From an uncultured Candidatus Peribacteria bacterium (GTDB lineage Bacteria; Patescibacteriota; Gracilibacteria; UBA1369), in the NCBI GenBank assembly GCA_964346765.1, contig CAYFWB010000004.1:55512-119511 (forward strand): a stretch of DNA of 64,000 nucleotides. Direction: 5' to 3'. Made by a program: the position numbers and the translations under genes. This document shows, in pieces, positions 28,906-38,640 of the stretch (position 1 is the stretch's first letter; each line of letters begins with the position of its first letter). Under the pieces are notes generated by a model. The model saw only the letters and a program-made list of their open reading frames with translations, was not told the origin of the DNA and did no database searches.

Positions 28906-29549
28906 GTGCTCTTTGTTATTTTATTTCTAATTATTTGAAACATATTTGTCCGGGCTTCCGGAATCGGGGGAGTGCCGTCCATGACTATCAATTTATTGGA
29001 TTCTTTGAAATGATTGATTACGGGAATGGTTTCTTTTTCGTACGCGTCGATTCTGGTTTTGATTGACTCGGGATTGTCGTCGTCGCGGGTTTTAAGTTCA
29101 CCGCCGCATTTTTCACATTTGTCGTTTTTATAGTTAGCAGGGTAAACTTCTTTGCATTTAACGCAGATTCTTCTGGTTGTAAGTCTTCTTAACGCTTCTT
29201 CTTTGGGAATATCCACCAAAATACCAATGTATTTTCTGTGATGTTTGTTTAGTAGTTTTTCAAGCATTTTGGATTGCTCCATGTTTCTTGGAATTCCGTC
29301 AATTACAACGCTTTTTCCGTCAGATTGTTTGTTCATGAAATTTTCGACAATTTCCATGACTACATCATTGGAAACCAGATGTCCGGTTTCCATTATGTAT
29401 TTTACTTTTTTACCAAGGTCGCTGTCTTCTTTGGCCAGTTTTCTAAGTTCACCTCCGGTTTCAAAATAATTCATGTCGTAATTGGCGGCGATGGCTTTGG
29501 CTAAAGTTCCTTTTCCGGATCCCTGTATCCCAAATAGAATGATGTCCAT
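28902..29549 (-). CDS. adk: adenylate kinase (zinc-lid type)
   Basis: It has the P-loop GIQGSGKGT and a lid with CVKC...CEKCGG. Confidence 0.9.
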   Translation of the reverse strand: MDIILFGIQGSGKGTLAKAIAANYDMNYFETGGELRKLAKEDSDLGKKVKYIMETGHLVSNDVVMEIVENFMNKQSDGKSVVIDGIPRNMEQSKMLEKLLNKHHRKYIGILVDIPKEEALRRLTTRRICVKCKEVYPANYKNDKCEKCGGELKTRDDDNPESIKTRIDAYEKETIPVINHFKESNKLIVMDGTPPIPEARTNMFQIIRNKITKST

Positions 29550-29595
29550 GGTTTATATTAAGTAGTTAAATGGCAGACAATCCTAACTGGATTTT

Positions 29596-30891
29596 TTAGT
29601 AAAGTTTGTTGTAATCGTGCATCACAAGCTGAGCGTTGATTTGTCTGAACAGTTCGAGTACGACGCCTACGATAATGATAAGTCCGGCACCGGTTACCAG
29701 GGTCGGTACAGAACCGAGAGCCATGATTGTAAATATGATTCCAAGCACCATCGGAGAGATCGCGATGAAGGCGATGAAGAGACCTCCGAATAGGTTTAAT
29801 CTGTTTGATACTTTATGTAGATAATCGGCAGTTTCTTTTCCTGGTCTGATTCCGGGGATATATCCGCCGCGTTTCTGAATATTTTCAGCTACTTGTTCGG
29901 GGTTAAAAGTGATTGAAACATAGAAAAATGTAAATCCAACGACCAGCAGGAAGTAAAATACAAGATATACCCAGCTACCCTGATGCAGATAAGTCGCGAA
30001 AAGCGATCCGATCGCCTGTAAAGTTGTGTTGGTTGAATTCTGGAAAAAACTGCTTAAGAGTCCGGGAAAACTTATAACCGATACGGCGAAGATGATCGGG
30101 ATCATTCCGGCCTGGTTGATCCTTATGGGAAGTGATGATTGTACACCGCGTCCTCTTACTCCTCTTCCGGCATAAGTGATCGGGATGTTTCTGCTTCCTT
30201 CTGTTACTAATATTACAAGTACCGTTAGAGCTAGCGTGACCAGGATCATAATTACAAGTGGTATGACTCTTTCCGATTGTTGTTGCGTCAAAGCCAATGA
30301 TTGACCCAGTACACCGGGAATTCCGGCAATGATACCGGCGAAGATCAAAACCGAAACACCGTTTCCAAGACCTTTTTCCGTAATCAGTTCACCCATGTAC
30401 ATTAACAGTATGGAACCCGTGGTAACTGTAATCATGATCGGGATTATAACGGTCGGGATACCGAGTCCTTCGATAATGGGGAGAGGGGATTGTGAGTTTA
30501 AAATCGCGATCATGCCATAGGATTGTAAAAACGCGATTGGAACGGTAAGCCACCTTGTATATTGATTGATTTTTTTTCTTCCTTGTTCGCCTTCTTTGGA
30601 TAATGATTCGAGATTCGGCACAATAACGGTCAAAAGCTGCATGATGATGGAAGCGTTAATGTAAGGGGAAAGTCCCATCAGAATGATGGAGAAGTTTTCC
30701 GCGCTACCACCTGTCAGCATAGAAAACATGCCAAGTAGCTGATTTTGTTCAAAAATGAGTTTCAGTGATTCGGTGTTTGCCCCGGGAATTGATATCTGGG
30801 CGAGAACTCTGAATATTATGATTATGAAAAATGTGAAAAGTATTTTATTGCGAAGATTTTTGGAGTTCCAGATTTGAAGTAAGTAATTCAT
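29596..30891 (-). CDS. secY: preprotein translocase subunit SecY
   Basis: 431-aa 10-TM protein in the canonical L15-SecY-Adk position, with GLSPYINASII and GIRPG..T motifs. Confidence 0.95.
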   Translation of the reverse strand: MNYLLQIWNSKNLRNKILFTFFIIIIFRVLAQISIPGANTESLKLIFEQNQLLGMFSMLTGGSAENFSIILMGLSPYINASIIMQLLTVIVPNLESLSKEGEQGRKKINQYTRWLTVPIAFLQSYGMIAILNSQSPLPIIEGLGIPTVIIPIMITVTTGSILLMYMGELITEKGLGNGVSVLIFAGIIAGIPGVLGQSLALTQQQSERVIPLVIMILVTLALTVLVILVTEGSRNIPITYAGRGVRGRGVQSSLPIRINQAGMIPIIFAVSVISFPGLLSSFFQNSTNTTLQAIGSLFATYLHQGSWVYLVFYFLLVVGFTFFYVSITFNPEQVAENIQKRGGYIPGIRPGKETADYLHKVSNRLNLFGGLFIAFIAISPMVLGIIFTIMALGSVPTLVTGAGLIIIVGVVLELFRQINAQLVMHDYNKLY

Positions 30892-30908
30892 TAAATTTTA
30901 TATTACTT

Positions 30909-31367
30909 TTATTTTGAATTATTCGGCACAACTACAGTGCCCTTTGCTTTTTCAACTTTTTCTTTGGCCGAAGCGGAAGCGCTGTCGAGTTTTACAGTCA
31001 GTTTTTTTGTGATTTCACCGTCACCGAGTAGTTTGACCGGTTGTACTTTGTTGCTGATCAATTTTTTCTCATAAAGTTTGATGATGTCGATTTCTTCATT
31101 GTCGTCGAATAAACTTAAATTGCCAACGTTAACAACTTGATAGTTTATGCGGTTAACGTTTTTAAATCCTCTTAGTTTGGGCATTTTTCTGTATAGGGGC
31201 GTCTGTCCTCCTTCAAAACCCGGTTTTACTCCGCCGCCGGTTCTGGAATTTTGTCCGTTCATACCGCGGCCGGCGTAGTTTCCTTTACCGGATGAGTTGC
31301 CACGTCCCAGTCTTTTTGATTTTTGTCTGGCACCTTTATTGCTTTTGAGTTCTAGCAGTTTGGACAT
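30909..31367 (-). CDS. rplO: 50S ribosomal protein L15
   Basis: It has RLGRGNSSGKG..AGRG..GQ..R.GG.V.PGFEGGQ.PLYRK.PK. Confidence 0.95.
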   Translation of the reverse strand: MSKLLELKSNKGARQKSKRLGRGNSSGKGNYAGRGMNGQNSRTGGGVKPGFEGGQTPLYRKMPKLRGFKNVNRINYQVVNVGNLSLFDDNEEIDIIKLYEKKLISNKVQPVKLLGDGEITKKLTVKLDSASASAKEKVEKAKGTVVVPNNSK

Positions 31368-31443
31368 TTTATCTGATAGTTATTTTTAAGTATTATTTAG
31401 TGCTCTTTTCCTTTTCGGTGATCGCTTTTTTTATTCGGTTTTT

Positions 31444-32028
31444 TTACTCCTTTTGGTGCTTTTTGGATTCAGCTTTTTTTTCGTTATTGTGAGCGCCGCC
31501 TTTTTCTTGTTTTTTAGCCTCGCCGGCTTTTTTCGCATTTTCCGCTTCTTTCTTTTTGGTAGCCCATGGCATTTCTTTTAGCTGATCAAGAGCAACGATT
31601 GTTGCTTGGCTATTTGTCATACGGTTGTTGTTGCCGAGACATTTTGCCAATACATCTTTGATGCCTGCCAGTTCAAAAATTTTTCTTAAAGGGCCGCCGG
31701 CAATGATTCCGGTACCGGGACACGCAGGCATTAAAAGCAACCTTGCACTCTTATATTTTACTTTAACCTTGTGGGTGATGGTTTTTTCAACCATTGGTAT
31801 TGTGATCATAGTTTTTTTGGCCTGAGCAATGGCTTTTTGGATGGCTCCGGTAACTTCCGTGGATTTACCGATACCGACTCCCACTTTGCCTTTTTTATTG
31901 CCAATGGCTACAGTCGCGCGGAATCTAAGTCTTCTACCACCTTTTACCACACGGGTTACACGGTCGATTTGAATGACTTCTTCTTCGAATTCTTTTGGTT
32001 CTCTGATTGGTGCTCTACCTTTTTTCAT
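31444..32028 (-). CDS. rpsE: 30S ribosomal protein S5 (Lys-rich C-terminal tail)
   Basis: It has IDRVTRVVKGGRRLRFRA.V..GN..G.VG.G.GK..EV. Confidence 0.95.
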   Translation of the reverse strand: MKKGRAPIREPKEFEEEVIQIDRVTRVVKGGRRLRFRATVAIGNKKGKVGVGIGKSTEVTGAIQKAIAQAKKTMITIPMVEKTITHKVKVKYKSARLLLMPACPGTGIIAGGPLRKIFELAGIKDVLAKCLGNNNRMTNSQATIVALDQLKEMPWATKKKEAENAKKAGEAKKQEKGGAHNNEKKAESKKHQKE

Positions 32029-32041
32029 GCTTAATTAATAG

Positions 32042-32392
32042 TTAGAATTTTAATCCGCCATCACGGGCGCTGTCCGCGATCGCTTTGACTCTGCCATGAT
32101 ATTTGTATCCGTTACGGTCAAATACGATGTTGGTGATTTTTTTTGCTTGTGCCAGTTCGGCAATTTTTTGTCCAAGTTGTTTGGCTGTTTCCGTTTTGGT
32201 CGCTTTACCTGTGTCTTTCAGGTCGGAAACACTGACCAACGTTACTCCTTTGTCATCGTCGACAAGTTGGAGAAAATGTTTGGAGTTGCTCTTTGAGACT
32301 ATGAGTCTCGGTCTTTCAGCCGTGCCTTTAACAATGGCGCGGATTCTGACCTTTCTTCTTTGCCTGTTTAATAATTTTTTTGCTGTTTTCAT
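32042..32392 (-). CDS. rplR: 50S ribosomal protein L18
   Basis: It has R.RRK.R.R....GT.ERPRL.V.KSN.....Q..DD and DR.GY.YHGRVKA.AD.AR..GL.F. Confidence 0.95.
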   Translation of the reverse strand: MKTAKKLLNRQRRKVRIRAIVKGTAERPRLIVSKSNSKHFLQLVDDDKGVTLVSVSDLKDTGKATKTETAKQLGQKIAELAQAKKITNIVFDRNGYKYHGRVKAIADSARDGGLKF

Positions 32393-32409
32393 GTGTTATT
32401 AGTCAATTA

Positions 32410-32967
32410 TTAGCCTTTATCTTTTGTTGCGGCTTTACCTGCCTTGCGCGCAACCTGTTCATTTTCATATCTTATTCCTTTACCTTTATAAGGTTCCGGT
32501 TTTCTGTATGATCTGATTTTAGCCGCGACTTCGCCAACCATTTGTTTGTTAACGCCGCTTACAATTAGAATATTCTTTTTTTCTTCATCCACTTTCAGAG
32601 TGACTCCCTTGGGCGGTTCGAATTCAACGGGGTGTGAAAAACCAATGTTCAAAACGGCTTTTGCCCCCTGCAGGTTAACCCTGTAACCAACACCCTGAAT
32701 TTCGAGTCTTTTTTCAAATTCTTTTTCAACACCTTTAACCATGTTAGCCAGAATCGATCTGGTCAGACCATGAAGACTTTTATGTTCACGATTGTCCGAT
32801 GGACGGGTGCAGATGAGTTGATCTTCTTTGATTTCCACAGTCATATCTTTGTGGACGGGGAAGCTGATTTCACCCTTGGGTCCTTTTACAAATATTACAT
32901 TGCCATCACGTTTTTCAACTGTAATGCCATTTGGTATTTTGATTGGTAATTTTCCTATGCGTGACAC
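32410..32967 (-). CDS. rplF: 50S ribosomal protein L6
   Basis: It has MSRIGKLPI.IP.G and YRKPEPYKGKGIRY. Confidence 0.95.
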   Translation of the reverse strand: MSRIGKLPIKIPNGITVEKRDGNVIFVKGPKGEISFPVHKDMTVEIKEDQLICTRPSDNREHKSLHGLTRSILANMVKGVEKEFEKRLEIQGVGYRVNLQGAKAVLNIGFSHPVEFEPPKGVTLKVDEEKKNILIVSGVNKQMVGEVAAKIRSYRKPEPYKGKGIRYENEQVARKAGKAATKDKG

Positions 32968-32988
32968 TTTGTAATTGTTATTTAATAA

Positions 32989-33372
32989 TTAATATACTTC
33001 ACAGATCAGTTCTCCTCCCAAGTTTTGTCTTTTAGCTTCTTCGACACTCATGATGCCCTTGGGAGTGGATATGATTGACATACCCAGGCCTCCATTGGTT
33101 TTTTTAAGGCCTATCGATTTAACGTAAATTCTTTGACCGGGTTTGCTGATTTTTTTTAATGTTATATCATTAATGGTCGGATTAAGCGTTATTTGTATTT
33201 CGGTGAATTTTCCCTCTTTGGTTTCTTTATAATCATCAATGAATTTTCTTTGCTTCATCACTTCAAGAACTGCAGTTTTGTTTTTGGAGTGGGGGATAGT
33301 TACAATATTTTTACGGCTCATATACCCGTTTCTAATTCTTGTTAATAGGTCTGATATTGGATCTGTGTACAT
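32989..33372 (-). CDS. rpsH: 30S ribosomal protein S8
   Basis: It has DPISDLLTRIRNG and a C-terminal GGE.ICEVY. Confidence 0.95.
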   Translation of the reverse strand: MYTDPISDLLTRIRNGYMSRKNIVTIPHSKNKTAVLEVMKQRKFIDDYKETKEGKFTEIQITLNPTINDITLKKISKPGQRIYVKSIGLKKTNGGLGMSIISTPKGIMSVEEAKRQNLGGELICEVY

Positions 33373-33414
33373 AGTTATAAGTTATTTTTCTTTGTGATTA
33401 TTTTTCTTGGTGTT

Positions 33415-33639
33415 TTACCAGGAAGATTTTCTAAGTCCCATGATTTTACCCTCTCTGGCATGTTCTCTGAAGCAGATTCTGCACATATCGAATTTTCTCA
33501 TGTATCCTCTGTTTCTGCCGCATAATTTACAGCGATTGTATACCTTTGTGGGGTGATGCGGTTTTTTGCCCGCGGCTAGATTCTTTAGAATGTCCTTTTT
33601 TCTTTTTTCGGTTTTTACAATCAATGATGTTTTTGCCAT
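33415..33639 (-). CDS. rpsN: 30S ribosomal protein S14 (zinc-ribbon type)
   Basis: It has [22 protein letters not shown] with four Cys, ending in W. Confidence 0.9.
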   Translation of the reverse strand: MAKTSLIVKTEKRKKDILKNLAAGKKPHHPTKVYNRCKLCGRNRGYMRKFDMCRICFREHAREGKIMGLRKSSW

Positions 33640-33650
33640 TTAAATTAAAT

Positions 33651-34220
33651 TTAAGATTTCTTTTCTTTGGCTTCACGGAATGGGAATCCAAGAGCTTTAA
33701 GAAGTTCGTAGCCCATTTCATCGGTTTTGGCCGTTGTTGTTATTGTTACCTGTAATCCGTGGATTTTGTCTACGTTGTCGGGATTGATTTCCGGAAAAAC
33801 TATATTTTCATTAATCCCCACCGAGTAGTTTCCATGTCCGTCGAAAGATCTTTTTGAAATACCTCTGAAGTCACGTACACGCGGGAAAGTTATGTTTACG
33901 AGTTTGCTTACAAAGTCATACATCTTGTTACCGCGCAGTGTGACTGCAACAGCTACCGGCATGCCTTCTCTCACTTTAAAATTAGAGATCGATTTTCTGG
34001 CTTTGGCGATGATAGGCGCTTGACCCGTGATCGCGGCAATGTTTTCCAGAACTTCAGAGTAGTCTTTTTTTGTCGCCAGAAACTGTCCAAGTCCCATGTT
34101 GATCTTTACTTTTTGAAGTCGCGGTACGGCCATTGAATTTTTGAATCCATGGTCTTTCTGCATCTTAGGACGGATGTTTTTGTTGAAGTTTTCTCTTAAT
34201 GTTAGTAATTCTTTGGCCAT
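33651..34220 (-). CDS. rplE: 50S ribosomal protein L5
   Basis: It has VPRL.KV..NMG.G and F.GRGNYS.GI.E..IFPEI-type motifs. Confidence 0.95.
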   Translation of the reverse strand: MAKELLTLRENFNKNIRPKMQKDHGFKNSMAVPRLQKVKINMGLGQFLATKKDYSEVLENIAAITGQAPIIAKARKSISNFKVREGMPVAVAVTLRGNKMYDFVSKLVNITFPRVRDFRGISKRSFDGHGNYSVGINENIVFPEINPDNVDKIHGLQVTITTTAKTDEMGYELLKALGFPFREAKEKKS

Positions 34221-34225
34221 AATGG

Positions 34226-34654
34226 TTAAGCTTTAATGGTCTTTTTCTTAGATGATTTGGTTGTTTTTGCTTTTGACTCTTTGTTTTCAGGTTCTTTTTC
34301 TTCTTTTTCGGCTGTCTTTTTCTTTGTTTCGTTTTCAGTCGCAAGTTTGTCCAGTGATATTCCGCTAAGTTTTGAAACTCTTTCTTTTTTGCCGTTGTCT
34401 ATAAATTTGTATCCGATTCTGGTGGGCTTGTTATCTTTGGGATCCAGTATCATGACGTTGGAAACATTGATGGGAGCTTCGTATCTGATTTTTTCACCAG
34501 CTTTGTTTTGAGTCTTTTTGATATGCTTTGTTCGTAAGTTCAGTTTTTCTATTACTACCTGGTTGTGTTTTACTGAGACTTTTGTGATTTTACCGGTTTT
34601 TCCTTTGTCTTTTCCGGCTATCACCACCACTTTGTCTCCAACTTTAATTTTCAT
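34226..34654 (-). CDS. rplX: 50S ribosomal protein L24 (Lys/Glu-rich C-terminal tail)
   Basis: It has MKIKVGDKVVVIAGKDKGKTGKI (KOW motif). Confidence 0.95.
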   Translation of the reverse strand: MKIKVGDKVVVIAGKDKGKTGKITKVSVKHNQVVIEKLNLRTKHIKKTQNKAGEKIRYEAPINVSNVMILDPKDNKPTRIGYKFIDNGKKERVSKLSGISLDKLATENETKKKTAEKEEKEPENKESKAKTTKSSKKKTIKA

Positions 34655-34664
34655 AGTTATTTAC

Positions 34665-35033
34665 TTATAAAACTTCTGGCGCCAGACTTATAATTTTTTG
34701 ATAACCTTTTTCACGGAGTTCTCTGGCGATTGGTCCGAACACACGTGTTCCTTTGGGCATGCCGTCTTTATTGATCATTACCACGGCGCTTTCGTCAAAT
34801 CTGATGTAACTGCCGTCTTTTCTTGGAGTTTCTTTCTTGATTCTTACAACGACACCTCTTTCCACGGCGTGAGTTTTTACCGCTCCGCGCGGAGCGGCCT
34901 GTTTGATTGTCAGAACCACAATGTCACCGAGTCCGGCATATCTTCTTCTGGTTCCACCCAGAACTTTAATTACCTGCGCGAGCTTGGCTCCGCTGTTATC
35001 CGCTATATTTACCATTGATCTTAGCTGTATCAT
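34665..35033 (-). CDS. rplN: 50S ribosomal protein L14
   Basis: It has MIQ..S...ADNSGAK....I.VLGG and ends with APEVL. Confidence 0.95.
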   Translation of the reverse strand: MIQLRSMVNIADNSGAKLAQVIKVLGGTRRRYAGLGDIVVLTIKQAAPRGAVKTHAVERGVVVRIKKETPRKDGSYIRFDESAVVMINKDGMPKGTRVFGPIARELREKGYQKIISLAPEVL

Positions 35034-35036
35034 GAC

Positions 35037-35285
35037 TTAGTTTTCTTTATTTGATACTTGTTCCGGTTTTACAACCGTCCATTTTTTCAGTTTCGAAAGT
35101 GGTCTTGTTTCATAGATTGTTACTTCGTCTCCCACTTTGTACTGATTTTCCCCGTCATGCGCGTAAAATTTGCCGGATGTTCGATATTTTTTTTTATACT
35201 TGGGATGCGTTTTGTAGGTGTGAACGGTAACCACCAGGGTTTTATCCATTTTCGCTTTTGTTACTATTCCTTTTTTACTTCGCAT
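35037..35285 (-). CDS. rpsQ: 30S ribosomal protein S17
   Basis: It has G.V....M.KT.VV.V......P.Y.K........AHD and is in the canonical position. Confidence 0.9.
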   Translation of the reverse strand: MRSKKGIVTKAKMDKTLVVTVHTYKTHPKYKKKYRTSGKFYAHDGENQYKVGDEVTIYETRPLSKLKKWTVVKPEQVSNKEN

Positions 35286-35302
35286 ATTATCTTTTTAATT
35301 AA

Positions 35303-35524
35303 TTAATTTGTTTTCGATTCTTTGGATACCGGTTTTGTCAGGTTTTCTTTCTGAACGGTTTTGACTCGGGCAATATACGCACGGTATTTTTTCTTATTGT
35401 GTGATTCTTTGTTGTATCCGCTTTGCAGATCCATTTGCAGTTTGCTCAGTTCTCTTGAAGTTTGTTCCAGTTCGTGAGTTAGGTCGGCGTCCGTAAGTTG
35501 TCTAAGTTCTTGTAAAGTTAACAT
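35303..35524 (-). CDS. rpmC: 50S ribosomal protein L29
   Basis: It has the LR.L...DL..EL......L..L pattern and lies between L16 and S17. Confidence 0.85.
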   Translation of the reverse strand: MLTLQELRQLTDADLTHELEQTSRELSKLQMDLQSGYNKESHNKKKYRAYIARVKTVQKENLTKPVSKESKTN

Positions 35525-35527
35525 AAT

Positions 35528-35950
35528 CTAGGCGATAAAATTTGAATCAATAAATTTGCATTTAACAGGCAGTTTTTGAGCCGCAAGATACATAGCGCGT
35601 CTTGCTATTTCTTCCGGCACTCCGTCCATTTCAAACAAAATTGTTCCGGCTTTAACCGTTGCCACGTATTTTTCCAAAGTGCCTTTACCACTACCCATCG
35701 GTACTTCCGCAGCTTTTTGGGTGATAGGTTTGTGAGGGAAAATTCTGATCCAGATTTTTCCGCCTCTTTTTACGTGTCTTGTCATAGCTCGTCTGGCGGC
35801 TTCGATCTGTCTGGAGCTGACTTCACCACCGTTAACGGTTTTAAGTCCATAGGTACCAAAGGTAACACTGTGTCCTCTGGTAGCGACTCCGATTTGCGAT
35901 CCTCTTAATCTTTGGGATTTTCTATATTTTGATTTTTTTGGCTGTAACAT
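35528..35950 (-). CDS. rplP: 50S ribosomal protein L16
   Basis: It has [14 protein letters not shown] and GGK.WIRIFP.KP.T.K..E..MG.GKG. Confidence 0.95.
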   Translation of the reverse strand: MLQPKKSKYRKSQRLRGSQIGVATRGHSVTFGTYGLKTVNGGEVSSRQIEAARRAMTRHVKRGGKIWIRIFPHKPITQKAAEVPMGSGKGTLEKYVATVKAGTILFEMDGVPEEIARRAMYLAAQKLPVKCKFIDSNFIA

Positions 35951-36002
35951 ATGTAATTTTAAGCTGTCTGATTATACTGATCGATAATTATTTATCAAGT
36001 TT

Positions 36003-36668
36003 TTATTCTTGAACCGGCGTAACTTTAACTTCATTTTTTTTCTTAAAGATGTCTCCTTTATAAATCCATACTTTTACGCCGATTGTTCCGAACGTGGTTT
36101 TAGCGTGTACAAGAGCGTAATCAATGTCGGCTCTGAATGTATGTAGAGGGATTTTTCCTTTTGAAAAGAATTCCGAGCGGGCGATTTCAACTCCGTTAAG
36201 ACGACCGGCGATGAATATTTTCGTGCCCTGCGCTCCTGCTTCCATTGCTTTATCTATGGCCATTTTTGCGGCTCTTCTGTAAGAAATTCTTTTTTCAACT
36301 TGTTTGGCTATAGAATCGGCCAACAGATAAGCGTCTAATGCTGGTTTGCTGATCTCTTTAATACTTAAATTGAACTCTTCTCTGAATCTTCTTTCCAGAT
36401 CTTCTTTTAAAGCTTCGATTCCCGCCCCTTGACGGCCGATAATAAGGCCCGGTTTGGCGCTGTGAATATAAACTATAACTTTGTTCGCCGTTCTGTGAAT
36501 TTCAATTTTTGACACGCCGGCATCGGCCAGTTTTTCTCTGATTATTTTTTCGATTTTGATATCTTGAATCAAAAGTCTGCCGTACTGTTTTTTGGTGGCG
36601 AACCATTTAGAGTCCCAGCTCCTGATAATACCTATTCGTAAGATGTTTGGATTTACTTTTTGTCCCAT
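36003..36668 (-). CDS. rpsC: 30S ribosomal protein S3
   Basis: It has MGQKVNPN.LR.GI and a KH domain (GIIIGR.G..I..L). Confidence 0.95.
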   Translation of the reverse strand: MGQKVNPNILRIGIIRSWDSKWFATKKQYGRLLIQDIKIEKIIREKLADAGVSKIEIHRTANKVIVYIHSAKPGLIIGRQGAGIEALKEDLERRFREEFNLSIKEISKPALDAYLLADSIAKQVEKRISYRRAAKMAIDKAMEAGAQGTKIFIAGRLNGVEIARSEFFSKGKIPLHTFRADIDYALVHAKTTFGTIGVKVWIYKGDIFKKKNEVKVTPVQE

Positions 36669-36683
36669 ATTATTATTAAAATA

Positions 36684-37142
36684 TTAAGCTTTTACGGTTT
36701 TAATTTCTTTTGGAGCACTTTTTTCAGCCTCCGTTTTTTTGGTATCTTGAATTTTTTCTCTTTTTGGTTCGGCGTTTTTTGACTGAGCTTTCTTGACAGG
36801 TTTCTTTTCTTCGGCATCTTTTATACCGATTTTTATTGTAAGATGAGAATTTCTTTTCAGGATTGGATTAACTCTTCCTCTTGAAGCGGGCATCCATCTT
36901 TTATAAGTACCGGCTTTTGAAACCAGAACCTCTTGAATCACAAGATTTTCTTTTTCTTGTTTAAAGTTATTGGTCGCGTTGGCCATCGCACTTTTTAATG
37001 CTTTGTGCAGGATTTTTGCTCCCTTCTTGGGTGTGTATGCAAGAATTTCCATCGCTTTAACCGCTTCTTTGTCTCTTACCAGTTCGGCTATAAGGTTAAG
37101 CTTCTTTGGACTTATTCTGATTGTTTTAACTACTGCTTTCAT
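36684..37142 (-). CDS. rplV: 50S ribosomal protein L22 (Lys-rich C-terminal tail)
   Basis: It has IRISP.K.N.IA..VR......A..IL and RA.GR...I.KR..H.TI. Confidence 0.9.
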   Translation of the reverse strand: MKAVVKTIRISPKKLNLIAELVRDKEAVKAMEILAYTPKKGAKILHKALKSAMANATNNFKQEKENLVIQEVLVSKAGTYKRWMPASRGRVNPILKRNSHLTIKIGIKDAEEKKPVKKAQSKNAEPKREKIQDTKKTEAEKSAPKEIKTVKA

Positions 37143-37167
37143 AGTTTTTTTGATCCGTTAGATAAGA

Positions 37168-37449
37168 TTATTTCGCTGTTTCTCTGGCGAGTTTTCCACC
37201 GTGACTCTTGAACTTTCTAGTAGGGGAGAATTCACCAAGTCTGTGTCCGACCATGTTTTCCGTTACAAAGACAGGTATGTGTTGTTTCCCGTTGTGGACG
37301 GCGAAGGTGTGTCCAACAAAATCGGGAGCGATTACGCAGTCTCTTGCCCATGTTTTAATGATTTTCTTTTGTCCGGAAGCATTTAAAACGTTAACTTTTT
37401 TAGCGAGTTTAACTTCTATAAATGGTCCTTTTTTAGCACTTCTAGCCAT
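37168..37449 (-). CDS. rpsS: 30S ribosomal protein S19
   Basis: It has MARS.KKGPF and HNGK.H.PV.V.E.MVGH.LGEF.PTR.F..H. Confidence 0.95.
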   Translation of the reverse strand: MARSAKKGPFIEVKLAKKVNVLNASGQKKIIKTWARDCVIAPDFVGHTFAVHNGKQHIPVFVTENMVGHRLGEFSPTRKFKSHGGKLARETAK

Positions 37450-37466
37450 ATTATTTATTGATTAAT

Positions 37467-38312
37467 TTACTTTTTTTTCTTAAGCCTCCTGTTTTTTACA
37501 ATCATTTTGTCGCTGTATTTTTTCTTTCTTGTTTTGAATCCAAGGGCCGGCATTCCCCAAGGTGTTTTTGGAGATTTGAGACCGATGGGCTGGTTACCTT
37601 CACCACCACCGTGCGGATGGTCGATCGGGTTCATAACTTTACCTCTTACGGAAGGCCTTTTTCCAAGCCATCTTGAACGCCCGGCTTTACCGATTGTTAT
37701 ATTTCCATGTTCAATGTTACTTACAACACCTATAGTAGCAAAACATCTTTTGTCAATCAGTCTTACTTCTCCGGATGGCAGTTCCACTTGCGCGTGCTCT
37801 TTTTCTATAGCCGCAACTTTACCTTTTGATCCGGCGGAACGGATAATTTGCCCGCCTCTGCCGTAATTCAGTTCAACGTTGTGAATATCATAACCTACAG
37901 GGATATATTTTAAAGCCATTCTGTTACCGATTTTAACTTTTGTTTTTTCCTGTGTTAAAATAGTGTCACCAATCTGAATGTTTTCCGGAGCCAGGTGATA
38001 TCTCTTGTCTCCGTCTTCATAGTTTACCAACATGATGTAGGCGGAACGTATCGGGTCGTATTGAATTGAAGTGACTTTGCCGTTGATGTTCATTTTGTCC
38101 CTTTGGCTGAAATCAATAATTCTGATTCTTCTCTTGTGTCCGCCCCCCTGGTGTCTGACGGTAATTTTCCCCTGGTTATTTCTTCCGGCTTTTTTTGAAG
38201 TTTTTTTGATCAGGCTTTTTTCGGGTTCGCCGCTCTTTGTCAGCTCTTTGAATGAGGAGCCTGTCATGTGTCTTCGGCTGGGGGTCGTTGGTTTGTAAGT
38301 CTTTATAGCCAT
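37467..38312 (-). CDS. rplB: 50S ribosomal protein L2
   Basis: It has MAIK.YKPTTP.RR and [13 protein letters not shown]. Confidence 0.95.
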   Translation of the reverse strand: MAIKTYKPTTPSRRHMTGSSFKELTKSGEPEKSLIKKTSKKAGRNNQGKITVRHQGGGHKRRIRIIDFSQRDKMNINGKVTSIQYDPIRSAYIMLVNYEDGDKRYHLAPENIQIGDTILTQEKTKVKIGNRMALKYIPVGYDIHNVELNYGRGGQIIRSAGSKGKVAAIEKEHAQVELPSGEVRLIDKRCFATIGVVSNIEHGNITIGKAGRSRWLGKRPSVRGKVMNPIDHPHGGGEGNQPIGLKSPKTPWGMPALGFKTRKKKYSDKMIVKNRRLKKKK

Positions 38313-38325
38313 TTTAATTAATTAC

Positions 38326-38631
38326 TTATTTCTTGCTTTTTTCTTTACTTATTTTAGTTACATCAACTTTCTTTTTACCCTTGAAGGTAACCAATGCTTT
38401 TTTCATTTGCGGTTTTTTGACGATACTTTTTCTTCCGTATGACCTTTTCTTTTCCGATGTGTTAAGTATTCTTACGGATTCGACGTCTGTTCCGTAGAGT
38501 TCTTTCATAGCCGTTTTAACGTCAATTTTGGTCGCGTCTTTACCGACGTAAAAAGTGTAAGTCATCTTTTCACCCATTTTGAGGGCTTTTTCTGTAACTA
38601 ACGGTTTTTTTACTGTGTATAGTGCTTTCAT
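38326..38631 (-). CDS. rplW: 50S ribosomal protein L23
   Basis: It has P..TEKA........Y.F.V...A.K..VK.A.......V..V pattern and lies between L4 and L2. Confidence 0.9.
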   Translation of the reverse strand: MKALYTVKKPLVTEKALKMGEKMTYTFYVGKDATKIDVKTAMKELYGTDVESVRILNTSEKKRSYGRKSIVKKPQMKKALVTFKGKKKVDVTKISKEKSKK

Positions 38632-38640
38632 TATTTAAAA

